This document shows positions 12,401 to 25,500 of a stretch of 64,000 nt of DNA, in pieces. The translations under genes and the position numbers were made by a program. The stretch covers positions 831,988 to 895,987 of the forward strand of contig MU053588.1 of NCBI GenBank assembly GCA_013239625.1. The letters run 5' to 3'. Origin of the DNA: Lama guanicoe. Its lineage: Eukaryota. Positions within the stretch are counted from its first letter, which is position 1. Each line of letters starts with the position of its first letter. The notes under the pieces were generated by a model that was not told the origin of the DNA, ran no database searches, and saw only the letters and a list, made by a program, of their open reading frames with translations.

Positions 12401-14449
12401 TGTTGTTGTTGTTTCGGTTTTTTCTTTTTTTGTTTTTGGGGGTTTTTTGATCACAAGTGAGAAATATCACCAGAGCTTTACTGCAGACCAAGGGACCCCT
12501 CACAAGCAGCCCCACAGCCCCAAGTCCCTGCCACAAAGACAGAACCCAGGCGCTCGGGGCCGCCCGTAAGTGCACGTACCTTGACCCCAAGCAGAGAGGA
12601 AATAACAACAGGCCATGATTTGCCTGTTTCCACAATTTCCCGAAGGCAGGTTGGCATCAGAATATTGGAGAAATAGCAGCAGGGTAGCAGTTTGTGAATC
12701 CAGGTGCCTGGAGTCCTGGTTCAGTCACAGAGAAGGTAAAGGCCACGATGGGGGAAGAGCTGGAGCCCAGGCCTCAAGGTTTCCAGCAGGGCAGGAAGTC
12801 GCAGCGTCCAGTGGAAGAAATGGTGGTGCTTCCTGCAAGTGGTCTTTGTTAGTTTTCTAGTGACAAAATCTTCCCCCGAGTCACAAAGCAGATAATCCAC
12901 ACTCACACACCCAGCGTCTCACTGGCCAGAAGATCTCAGACCTACTGCAGACCCATCCCAGACAAGTGGCATCAGCCAGTCAGGATATGCCCCCAGGGCT
13001 GGGTTCTAGGTCACCTTCCTCAAGCAACGGGTGAGTCAAATCAGCCTTCATTTATAGGGTGAGGTGATAGGATGGCACCCAGTGCCTGCACAGGCCTGAG
13101 GAGGGGGTGAACCTGTCCCAGGAGAAGCAGTGGACAGGGTCAGCTAGCAGATGCAGAGATGGAAGGTGTTCATCCTTTAACTTTTTTTTTTTAATCATCT
13201 CTTGTTTTTTTCAGCTCACAAAAGTTGAACATACCAGATGACAAGGTAGAGAAATATGTACTGCAGAAAGTAAAAGTTAGGGTTAAAATCAGTTAGAACA
13301 TATTCAGAGAGTGGGCCCCCTGCAGCCGTTGAAGGGAGAGGGGCCGTGTGGACTGACATGGAGATATGGACAGAGCATCTTGTGACGGTCAAAGCCAGGT
13401 GCAGAACAAGCTCAGGGGAGGCTGCCATGTATGTTATAAAGGAAGGTTGGGAGGATGTGCACACATGCTTGTGTACAGCAAACTGTCTGTTGAAGAAGAA
13501 GGGGTGGAGTTCAAGGTTGCCTTGAGAAAGGACACTGAAGTGTCAGGTGGCACTTCCTTTCTACCCCGTGCCATTTACATGGTCTCACTTCCGCACCGTT
13601 ACTACCTGCAGAGGTAGTCAGTGTATGCTCCCCCAGAGACTGCTCTCAGTCTGCAACCAGCCCAGGTCTTTCAAACATTTTGACCATTACCCAAAACAGG
13701 AAAAGCCTTTTACATTACGACCCAGCATGGACATCCGGAATATAGTTTCACAAAACCACTTACTCTTACCTTACATGGGGTACACTGAGGTTTTTTAATT
13801 CTAGTCTATTTCTTTTTTTTTTCCTTTTAATAGTGGTCAAGATCCATTAAATTGATTTCATAAGCCACAGTTGGAGAAAAAAAAAACTACATTTCCTTTC
13901 TGTAGAAAAGACCCCCCCACCCCCAAAAAAAGTCCAGTAGTCACACAGGTATGAAGGTTTACAAAAAAAAAAGTGTGTGCTCTACACAAGGCCTTGTTTC
14001 CACTTACTGTAACTCAGACATCTATTCTCATCCATAAACAGGAATCAACTTCATCCTTTGCACTGGCTGTGTAGTTTTCCATATTGTGACTGTGCTTCGA
14101 ACAGTCTGTTAATCCCCTTTTAAACGACATTCAGGCCATGCCCAACTTTTCTTGATTACACACAGTGTTGCAGTGACCCCCTCCATGTGCCTGCATGTAC
14201 GTGTGCAGGCTTTTCCTTGGCTTGGATTTCTGGGAGGTAACATGTTAGATTGAGGCTCCTCACCCTCCAGTTCTCAGCTCAGACGCCATTGCCTCCTTGG
14301 GGAAGCCCTCCTGAACACCCCAGGCAGAGTCCAATCCCAGTATTACATGCTCCCTGGCTCCCTGGACATGCCACCACCAGTGCACAACCATGGCCCCATT
14401 GACAAATGTTGCTAAATTATCAAAAAGTATAATATATAAGTCAGTCAGA

Positions 14450-15700
14450 GCTTACTTTTTCTAATCCCTTCTGACAGTTTGCAGTTGTGGTGTTTCAACA
14501 TTCATGTTTAATGAAGTTCTTGATAATGATTGGATTTACAGTTGCCATTTTGTTCTTTGTTTTCTGTATGTTTACTGTCTTTTTTGCTCCCTTGTTCTTT
14601 CTTTACTGCGGCCTTTTGTGTTAAATGTATTTTGGTGTGCCATCTGGATCCCTCTTTATTTTTTTTGGACTTTTTTTTTTAGTTTTTATAGCATGCATCT
14701 ATCAGTGTATTTCAGACCAATACAAACTTAATTCCAATAAAATACAGAAACTTTTGCCTAATATAGCCCCATACCCTTTTCCCTTCCTTGTGCTATTTTT
14801 GTCATGTGTATTCCATCCATATACGTTATAAACCCAACAATATAGTGTTGGTATTATTGCCTTATATGGACTTATGTTTAACTTTAAGGAAGTTAGAGGA
14901 GAAATAAGAAAACATACATCCGTAGAGTCTTTTATTCTAAGCCACAAATTTACCATCTCAGACCCTTCATTTCTCCATATGGATTCAGGTCACCATCTGT
15001 AGTGATTTCCTTTCAGCCTGAGGACTTATTTTATTATATATTAGGCAGATATGCTAGCACCAAATTCTTTCAGTCTCTGTTTACCTGGAAACGTCTTTAT
15101 TTCACCCTCGTTTGTGAAGGATAGTTTTTGCTGGATATAGAATTCTTGGTTGACGATTTTTTTTCCTCTCTCTCTCTCAGCGGTTTGGAAATATTCCATT
15201 CCATCATTTCAAATGACCAGTCAGCAGTAAATTGTATTGACACCTCTGTATGTGATGAATCTTTTTTCTCTTGGTGCTTTCAGGGTTTTTATCTTAATGG
15301 TTTGACTTTCACCTATTTTTCTGGGTGTGAATGTCTGTATTTATCCAAGTGGCGATTTATTGAGCTTCTTAGATGTGCAGATGAATGTGTTTTTTTGGTC
15401 CAGTTTGGGGGGTTTTCAGCCATTATTTCTTCAAACCTTTCTCCTGCCCCTTTCCCTCTCCTTCTGAAACTCTCAGTGAACATGTATTGAAATGCTGACG
15501 CCGCCCCAGAGGATCCGCTGCAGCAGAACTTCCTTGTTCATTGAGCTGGGCAAGGGGATAGGAAGAGCCCCAGGTCAAAATGTCTCTTCCCTGAAGTTTG
15601 GCAGTTTTTCAAGCATAAGTGATACTTGGTTTGTTGCATGCTTTTGGTCAATTTCCAGCGTACTAAAATGGTTGTCTTTGTTAGTGTTGTGCTTTGAGGG
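14450..15700 (-). mobile_element. Ancient L1 (L1M) fragments
   Basis: T-rich; gaaggatagtttttgctggatatagaattcttggttgac is typical of antisense L1M. Confidence 0.65.
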
Positions 15701-16529
15701 GGTGAGAGTTTGCCAGTCTCCTCATTCAGCTGTGGTCAAAAGTCCTACCCCTTAATATTGCTAATTCAACCTTAGATGAGATGTATTGACTTACACTTCA
15801 AGGCCATTAATTTTCCCATGAAAGAGCTCTTACTTGAAATGGCGTTGGAATTTTATTAAAAAGTTTTACTGGTTGATTCGCCTTACTGGGGTGAGCAGTT
15901 GGGTCCTAGTTAACAGCATGAGGTTCATTGTAGCATTAGTTCCACAGGAACCCAGCATTTGGGATATGGAGCTAGACTGGTGTCCGACGTGTAGTAGTGC
16001 TCAAAAAATATTTGAATGAAGAGGCTACATGGCAAGATGTATTTTAAGTTAAAAAAAAATGATAAGTTACAGAACAATTTATTAGCATGATTCCAGTTAT
16101 ATAAAAACGTAATTCTCCTACCCACTCCTCAGTAAAAGCTCCTGTTTTCTGATTGTTTACACATGGATGTTTTTAAATCATAGGAAAAGGTTAAGAAGGA
16201 AGCAGAGCAAACTGTAAACCATGGTTACCTCCAGAGATGGGCAGGCAGGACCCCCTCCTCCAGCCGCTGTGTGGGTTGTGCACAGAGACAGGGAATCTCT
16301 GGGGAGAGAGGGGGGAGTCCACCCGCAGGGGTGACTTTTGTAGATTCCCACGGTGGGACTGACTGTGCTCAAAGGGCATCCCTGGGGTGGGACCCGGGCT
16401 GTCTGGGCTGTGAAGGCAGAGTTACCTTTTCTCCACGTAGACGGCTATGTATTGGAATTTTCCATAGCACTAATGTACTTGTGTCTCTCTTGTGTGAATG
16501 AACTTTTTTGTCTGCTAAGAGTAAATTTC

Positions 16530-16645
16530 TTCTTTTTTAAAAAAATTTCTTAAATTTATTTTTTATTTATTATTTTTTCATCTTTTTTGGGGGGAAGTAA
16601 TTAGGTTATTCATTTTTTTAATGGACATACTGGGGGCTGATTCCC
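16530..16645 (-). mobile_element. 5'-truncated camelid SINE
   Basis: gtaattaggtt tail motif; TSD aagagtaaatttc at 16517 and 16646. Confidence 0.75.
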
Positions 16646-16724
16646 AAGAGTAAATTTCAACAGATCAGTTTTTCAAAATGTGGTATGGAAGTGGTGGTTT
16701 ATTGCTCTCATTTTCACTCTGCAG

Positions 16725-16946
16725 CGACATGAGCTCAAGGGCCGGCTACCCCACTCAGGTTCACAAGCCGGCCAGCGCAGAGAGCCCACGACCCTCCCAG
16801 CTGGCCCAGTCCAGCGCCTTCCAGCTCTCTGCCTCTGTCCCCAAGTCCTTCTTCTCCAAGCAGCCTGTGCGCAACAAGCACCCGGCAGGATGGAAGAGGA
16901 CGGACGAGCCCCCGCCACGGCCGCTCCCCTTCACTGACCCAAAGAA
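16725..16946 (+). CDS. SIPA1L3: SIPA1L3 coding exon (SDMSSRAGYP...LPFTDPK)
   Basis: ttttcactctgcag acceptor, aa|gtaagt donor; 222 nt, phase 2-2. Confidence 0.95.
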
Positions 16947-19169
16947 GTAAGTGCCTGGATGCCTGGTGAGGCACCACTGAGGACGGTGACAGCTCAGTCC
17001 CTCGTGCAGGACGCCATGCGGGTCCACACCTTGGGAAACAGCTGTGATCAGGCGGACGGTGATCCCTGCCCTTGGGGAGCTGACTTTCTGGCAGAGGAGG
17101 CGGACAACAAGTAGGATAACTAGGAAGAGAGTGCAGTAGGTCAGAGGGCAGCGAGCACTGTGGTGTCTGGATGAAAAGCATTCCAGGCAGAGGGAGCGGC
17201 AACAGCAAAGACCCTGAGGCAGGAGTGCGCCTGGTCTGCGGGAGGAAGGCCGGCGTGGCTGGGACCATGTGAGCACGTGAGGTCAGAGGGGCACTGGGAC
17301 AGATCGCACAGGGTCTTGTGGGCCCCTCTAAGGGCCGTGGCCTCTGCTGTCAGGGGCCCCCACGGGAGGGGATGAACATAATCTAAACGGGGTGCTCACA
17401 GGGTCCCTGCAGCTACGTGTGGAGCACAGCCTGTGGGGACAGGGGACCAGGGAGGCGCTACCACAATGGTCCAGGCAGGAGACGAGAGGGCTGGAGCAGA
17501 ATGGAGGCCGGGACGGGGAGCCGGGAGAAGGCGGCAGCTCCAGGTCAGATTCTCTGAAGTGGAAGCAGGCAGGCCTTGCTGGCAGATTGGATGTAGCATG
17601 AGAGAAAGAGCAAGGTTGAAGATGAAAGCAGGTCTTGTAGCCTGAAGGGTGGACTCCCCTTGGGCTGAGGTGAGGCTGAGTAGGGAGCAGGCTCCGGAGC
17701 TCAGTCCCCAACGGGTTGTGATTACAACGCGCAGAAGACATGGAGCAGGCAGTCGAGTAAGGAGTCTGGAGCTCAGGGAGAGGTCAGTCAGCATAAAGGC
17801 CACAGAGGAGAGGAGGGGAGGGGAGGGGAGGTGTGAAACTCAGCCTGAGAGAATACAAGGAGGAACCAGCAAAGGAGGCGCCCAGGGGTGATGACTGTGA
17901 GAGGTCAGGGTGGGGTGAGCCCAGGGACTGAGCGACCATTGAGCCTCACAGAGGGGACTCAAGGGTGCGGGAGAGAAAAGTAGGGCAGAGTCGGAAGCAG
18001 CTGATTTGAGGCATTTTGCTATGAAGCAAAAGAGAAAGGAGAGGAGTGGTCAGTTAAGAAAGGGTTTTGTTTTTTTTTAAGTGAGGAGAATGTGATGGTT
18101 TCAAACATGTATTGAGTACTCGCTGTGTGCCAGTCTCGGTTCTGAGCTCTCGTACAGGAATTCACTGAATCCTCAACAACAGCTCCGTGAGGTGAACCTA
18201 TTATTCGCCCACTTTTCCCAGTGAGGCACCTGAGGCCCAGCATCTCACAGCCGGTAGGGGATGGAGCTTGGATCAGAGCCTAGGAACCCTGGTCCAGGCT
18301 CCTCTTCAGTTGGGTGTCAGGGATCTGCCCTCCTCCATCCTGTGACGTTGTCTTTCATGACCTGGGTGAGGCCATGTGGATGACAGGAGGCGTCAGGAGA
18401 GAGAAACGGGATCCCTGGAGACGTCAAGGGTGAGCAAGCCGCTCTCAGGCTGAGCATCCAGTCCACGCACCTCACTAACAGCTGGGGGCATCTGGATAAC
18501 TAGATTTTGATCCTTCACTCCCCTGATTAAAACCTCCAGGGGCTTCCCCTGCTCCCAGGATTAATGATGAAGGCTCATATCTACTGAGCACATACACTGT
18601 ACCAGGCACTAGTACACTGCATGCTTTGTCCAGACTCCCACGCGGACCCGGCGTGACCCGCCTCCCCACTCCTCTGCGCTCATCTCCTCCCATGCTCCCC
18701 TCATTCACCCCACTCCAGCCACCTGGCCTCTTCCTGCTCCTAAGCCCTGCGACACATGGCTGACCTCAGGGCCTTTGCGGTGGCTCTCTCGGCCCTGGAG
18801 TTCTCTTGCCCTGCATCTTGTGTCTGGCTCCAGGGGGGCTTGGTCCAATGCCCCCTCCTCAGCCTTCCCAGCCATTATTCTGTCGCTGTTCTCTGTTCCA
18901 CTGCCTGGTTGCCCCACAGGAAAGCAGGGATCACTGTCTTGGTCACGAGATTCTTATAGCTGCCAGGCATCAGTGGGTGCCCCGTCAGTGAATGGAACTG
19001 CACCCCCATAGGGTCCTGTAAGGCCCCCACTTTTCAGGATGGCCAGAGGGTCAGGCCCTGCTCACCCCACTGTGCTCTTCCATGAGGGCAGCTGCCCTGC
19101 CTCCCCAGTGTGCCTGCTGTTCCCTCTCCCAACCCAGGTCCCTCCCTACCCGGCTCACTCCTTTCTACC

Positions 19170-19510
19170 CACCCGCAGTTGGCTAGGCCGTGGCAGCAAA
19201 GCCCCTACACCGAGTGGCTCAGCAGCAGGAATGCATTGTCTCGGGGTCCTGTAGGCTGGAAGGCCGAGTCGGGGTGTCGAGTCAGGGTGCCGGCAGGGTT
19301 GGTTCCTCCTGAGGGCTGGGAGGGAGGGAGGGACCTGTTGCACGCCACTCTCCCACTCCTGGTTGACTTGCTGGCAATCTGCAGGACTTCTTGGCCTATA
19401 GATGCATGGCCCCAGTCTCTGCCTGTATCGTCATGTGACGTTCTCCACGCATGCAGGTCTCTGGGTCCACATTTCCCCTTTTTATAAGGACACCAGTCAT
19501 TAGATTAGGG
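19170..19510. mobile_element. MLT1-type MaLR LTR relic
   Basis: gcagggttggttcctcctgagggctg...tttataaggacaccagtcattagattaggg. Confidence 0.65.
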
Positions 19511-22500
19511 TTATGGTCTCAGCACAGCCATGCCATCCTCAAAGATGCTCCCCGAGCCCCCACACCAGGCTCACCGCTCCCGCCGACCCTACACTTCTTC
19601 CCTCCCTCAGCATCTGTCCAGGGCACATCAGATGGTCACGTCCTAGAGACTTGCTTCCTTCCTGTTGCCCCACTGGACTGAGGGGTCTGGGAGAGCAGAG
19701 CACCTGAGCCCCCCTCAGGGCCCAGTACATAGCAGGCACTCAGAAAATATCCCTGGATACATGACAGCCATCAACAAACAGCAGCCCCTTGTTCTCAGTG
19801 ATAAGATCCAAGGAAGTCTTTTTACATACGTGTGTGTGTACACGTATGTAAACTACATATATAAAATATTGGGGGACACAAATAGTTTCATAGTTTCTTA
19901 CATTTATTAATTTAGTTATAGATACATTTTTAAAATCACATGCATAAGATTATATGTTAATACAGGATTAATCCTTTTGTCCACACCCTCCCATTTCAAG
20001 AAGCTGGTTTATTCAGACTCTCCCTGCGCAGTTTGGAGATAATGTCTTTGTCATTGTTAGAGACACTTCTGAGTCACTTAACCTAGTTTTCCAGAAAACA
20101 TTGTCTTTACTTCCAGCTAAATTATTTGAGACTAAACATGTTTGCTTTTAATCTGTGTATAATTCTGTTGCTGAATATTTTATCCCAAGGCACAAAAACT
20201 CATTTGCATAACTTATTTACCTACGTTTATTTATACCTACCCTGCCAAGTACTGTCATAAGCCTTTTACCTACTTAAACTCATTTAATCTGCACTATAGA
20301 ACAATGAGTGTAGGTACTTTGTATCCCATTTTCCAGATAAGAAAAATTGAGGTCACATAATAGTTGAGTCCCTTGCCCAGATTCACTTGGTTAGTTAAGG
20401 TTAATCACTGCAAATATTATGATTGTTGGTTTTGTAATTTGTCACCACATATTATGAGCTTTTCCCCCAAGGAGTAATTACCAGGTCTGCCTCCTTTATC
20501 TTTGGTTCTGGTCTAACACATCCCCAGAGGAATGAGAATGGCTATGGCTGACATGGGGGCGCTGCCTCTCAGCCAGGCTGCATGGCTAGGGCTGTGCAGA
20601 CCTGGCCCCACTGATCCTCCCAGAGACCTCCTTTCCAGTTGGGAAACTGAGGCACAGGTAGAAGTGCGTAGCCCAGGACTCCTCCCAGCAAGGTAACTAA
20701 CAGAGCATCTCATCACGTGAGAGGGCAGGGAGGACAGGCATCCAGGGCCGTGGCTCGTGTGTTCTGAGGACTAGCTTCTTGGTGGAAATAGTCTCAGGCG
20801 AACACTCTGTTGAAGAAAAGACAGAGTGAGCTGGTGAAGGACAGAGAATCTGCATGCTGAGGGGACCGAGAGCACCTGCAGGTCCCTCGCCCTCAGCCCT
20901 TCTGTCTCAGGCCCCGGTCAACCCTACAGGGCAGGCCAGCAGCTCTGCCTCCAGAGATGGCCAGACGGCCCTGTTTTGACTCCTTTGTCCCAAGACACTG
21001 GACTCACTGGCCTGCCTTCTCCCAGCCAGCAGAGGGGCAGAACAGCATGGGGTAAGGGCGGGACTCCCTCATAAGCTCTTTAACCCCTCAGCTTCCCTCT
21101 CTTTAAACTGGCCTGACAGTTGTCCCTACCTCCCAGTCGTGAGGACTTATGGAGTTAATCCACGTGAGGACCCCAGCACCGGGGGGTGAGTTGCCCAGGG
21201 CTTACCAGGTGAGGGTGTGGCTAGGCCAGTGGGTTGTCAGGCTGGATCCCTGTGGAGCAGGAGGCAGAACCAGCAGCCCTCAGCCCTGCCTCCCCATCCG
21301 TCCTGGGCTCGTCCTCCCCTGCGGGCTCGTCTCAACCCAACCAAAAGGCTGCCCCTGGAGGCTAGCGGCTCTGCCATCACTGTTGGAAGCCCTTGGAGCA
21401 TCAGGACCCTTACCGGGAGAGCAGGATGATGGTAGGTAATGGCGATGATGGCCATGAGGAGGGAACTTAGCCACATGAGGTGCACTGGCCCCAGGTGAGG
21501 GCCCACATCACCGTGTGCCATGCACACTGAGCGCTACTTTCTGAGTGTCCTCAACTCTCTGTGCCTCCGTCCCCTAGCCTCAAAAGGGAAAGACAGGAGT
21601 GCCTACCCCCCAGAGTTGGTGTGAGGATTCAGTGAGTCGTAGGGAAATGCGCGGTCATCATGGGAACTGGTGTCTAGTGGTTAACATCTGGCCTTTGGGC
21701 TCCTTCCTTGAGTTTAGGGGTCCTGGGTCCAGCTCAGCCCAGCCACGGAAGGAGCAGGGGAAAGCCTCTCACTGACATCCCCACCCCACGGCACAGTTGC
21801 CCCCAACTCCCACAGGCCTCTCCCAGCCATCCTTCCAGGAAAATCTGCCTGCTGCCTAAGGTGCAGACCCGGTGAGTGTCCTCGCCAGCGAGGTTGGCAG
21901 AACCCCCGAGCTCAGGCAGGCCGACAGCCTCCTAATTAGCTTCATTAACCCGGCCCCGAGGGAGCTGCCCCAGTTGGAGGCCAGAGTTCCAAGTCAGCAG
22001 GATCGGCCCAGCCAAGTGGGAGCCCCTGGTTGCCGTCCACTTCTGGCCCTGTTATCACAGGAAAAAGAAGTTGCTGTTGTCTGGGTCCTGACCGCAGAGA
22101 CTTCTTTGTAATTTTTTTTCTTTTTCTTTTCCAATGTAAGCAGTTTAATTCTACAATATGGCAAATGCGAGTTCAGACAACCTGGGCAAATTAGAGACTG
22201 TCTTGTGCTGTCGGTCAGAACCTTGAGACAGGATACCTCCTTCTGGGTGTTTTCTTCATTTGTGTTTTTAAAGATAAAACACACACAGCATAAAAACCAA
22301 ACTGATACAAAAGGGTTTGCATTGAAAACCAGGCCTCTCTCTCTTCCCTGGCCCCCAGCCATCCAGCTCCCCTCCCCAGAAGCAAAACATTGTTTCATTC
22401 CTTCTGCATCCTTCCAAAAATGTTCCAAACATGACGGAGCATGCATGAGTGCGTGTGTGTCCCTCAGGCCTCTTTTTGTTTATCAATGCAGTCACCCCCT

Positions 22501-25500
22501 GTCCCTGCACCTCCAGCCTTTCTCACGCGCTCTTTTCTCAGCTCAGCGACAGTTCCCTGTTAGTACATACACGGTGATCTCATTCTTCTTAACGGTCAGA
22601 GGATAGTCCATTCTATCCTCAGAGGTCATTAGGTTTAAACAATTACGGAGACCAGAGATCTTGAGAAAAAGGGAAAAGGTCGGAGATGTACAAGCCCAGT
22701 TTGGTTTAGTTGGGGTTTTGTTTTTGTTTTTCTCTCAACCTGGAATTTAATAGCATCTTAAATGATTGCTTAGAATATTCAGTTTAGAAAAATACATTGG
22801 AAAATTCTTCCAGAAGAAAGAGAATAAGGGCAAGAGTGATCGATTTGACGCTCCAAACTGAATTTCATCTTACTTCTTCCCGTTAGATGTGTCGCAGAAG
22901 CCCACTAACACTGTCAGGCCACGTGGAGCCCACAGTGGATGGATAAGTGCAGAATTGAGGGCCGGGGGAGAAGGTTCTAGCATGATTTCTTCCAGTGAGC
23001 CAGCCTTGCACTGTAGAATTAGGAGTGCCTGCCGAGAGTCCTGCAGGTCCTGGGAGCTGGGAAGGTGGTTGTAGCAAATGAACACAAACAGAGCAGGGAA
23101 GGAATGTTTGTGTTCTTTTGGCTTGACTTTTTAAAGGATCTCTGTAGTTTTTTCTGTCTTGTAAAAGTCAGTCAAGCTTGTTGTAAAAGGAAGGAAGAGA
23201 ATAAGGAAGGTGGGAAGGAAGGAGATGGGTAGGGAGGTTGGCTGCTTGGTTGGCAGGAAGGTTGGCTCCGTGTGATACACATTTGACAACGAATTTTGAG
23301 TGCCTGCAATGCGACAGGCCTTGTTCCCGACACTAGACATGGAACGCAGAAGGCTGCAGGTGGGAGGAGTGGGACTGCAAACACAAGTACACAGGACAGA
23401 TCATCGTGAAATGAATACAGTGAGGAGGTAACACTGGACTGTGTGATGGAGCTCACCGGGGCAGGGAGCAAGCACCAGGAGGCCGAGCAGTCAGGGGAGG
23501 CCTCTATGAGGAAGTGAGCCAACCCGGACAGATGAGAAGCTGCCACTTGCAGGGAATGCTGGGGAGGGTAGCCAGAATAGCCAGTGCAAAGGCCCTGAGG
23601 CAAGAACATGCCTGCTGTGCTAAGGAACCCTGAGAAACCCTGTGGGAGGGGATGAGGGCTGAGGCGGAACAGGACAACTCGTTTTGGACTTCATGGGCTG
23701 TGGTGAGGAACATTTTTAAAAAGTGAATCCCCCACCTAGCCACCTCTGGAGCTGAGAGCTAGGTAAACTTCAGTATAGCAAGCTAAGCTGTGTGTGAGTT
23801 TCATTTTCTAAAAATGATTTCACACTACACATTCTGCTTCTTTATTCCCATGACATACCTGGGAGAACCTCTTTCTGTGTCCCGTGGATCAGCCCCACTT
23901 CTCTTCAGCAGCTAGATGGTCCCTGGAGGACCACCTTGCCCTTCTCCTGCCCGCCACTGCCCAGTTCTGTGTGCTCCACAGACAGGACCCCACGAAGCAT
24001 CCCCATGCACCCCGGCACACGTGGGTTCATGCGGGCCTTTCAGAAGGCCACACTCCCAGATGTAGAACTCTTAGGGCCAAGAGAGCACACGTTTTCAAGT
24101 TTGCAGCAGGTCATTTTACACCCCTCCCAGAGGGGAGCCTGTGGACAGTGCTCCTTTATTGCAGTAGATGAGCTGAGGGCCCAGCCTGCTCCAGGGTTGT
24201 TGGGCGCACAGCGGGCCCGGCGCTGAGTCACTGCAGCCCCCCCTTGCAGGGGATTCTGGGAAATGGCAAAATCAAAAGGGAAGGTGGGGTAAGTCCCCTT
24301 CCAGCTCCCGCGGGAGCAATATGTGCTCTAGGGTGTGTCTGTCTCTTTCTCTCTTTCTGCCTCTTTCTGTTTCCCTCGTTTGGATAGAAAGCTTTTCATT
24401 TGTGCAGAGAACACTCTTCCCTAGTAAATGACGGAGCCAGAATTACCCTAGACCTGGAATTCTCATCTGGGGAGGAATATGACCTAACAAGAAAAAGCTC
24501 ACCACCCTCTCTTCCTTCCTTTGTTAAACTCCCAAGCCTGGCAGCTGAGAAAATGAGAAAAAAATGTAGACTTCAATACCCTCAGGAGCCCAGGGTATCT
24601 CATTTCTTCCTGGATTCAAAGACTCTTTTTTTCTTTCCTGAGTTACAAAATGATGAAGTCTAGGTATCAGCTCTTTTTAAACTGGTTTTTATTATTATTA
24701 TTGTTATAACACATGATTATAATAAAAATAAATTCAGACAGTTCAGAAGGATGTGGGTATCAGATGAAAAGTAAAAGTCATTTTTCCACCTTCTGATAAG
24801 ACTTTAACTTCCCAGAGGTAATCATTGTTCATAATTTCTTCCAGAATTTTTTTCTGCCTATAAAAGCATGTTATTAAACCAAATGTGATTACGTTCCACA
24901 TACCATACATCTTTTATACGCCGTCTCTGTGATAGAAACATGACAGTCAAGCACAGTGGTGACAGCTGAGGGCTCTGCAGCCTGGTGGCCTTGGCGGGAA
25001 CTCTGACTCCCCTGCTCACAGGCTGGGGGGCTTTGGACAGTTACTTTCTCTCTCTGTGCCTCGGCTTCCCATCTACAACATGGAGGTGCTAGTAATAGTG
25101 GCTGTCGGGGAGGGCTGCTCTGCAGATTTCACAAGGTGGTGGAGAGGGCCTGGTGCGCCCTGAGGGCACCCTGATAGCTGTCCTTATCTCTTTCTGGGGG
25201 GTGGCAACAGCTCAGGTGAGGGACCCAGTTTTCACGGTAGAAGAGCTGACTCCAAAGGCAGGGCCAAAATCAGAGGATGAGGGGGGACCTCAGGGGAAGT
25301 CCCAGGAGTGGAGGACCTAGAGCCCCAGGGGAGTCAGCCTGGGCCAGGAAAGGGCCAAGGGGCGGTGGGATGATGGTCTGTGGAGCCAACAGAGAGAGTT
25401 AGGAGCAGCAGAAGAGGGCTGTGTGCAGCTCAGGGGCCTGGGCTGCCTCAGGGAAACTCATTTCCCCAGTGTCTGCTCTGTCAGGTGCCAGCCAGGCGCT

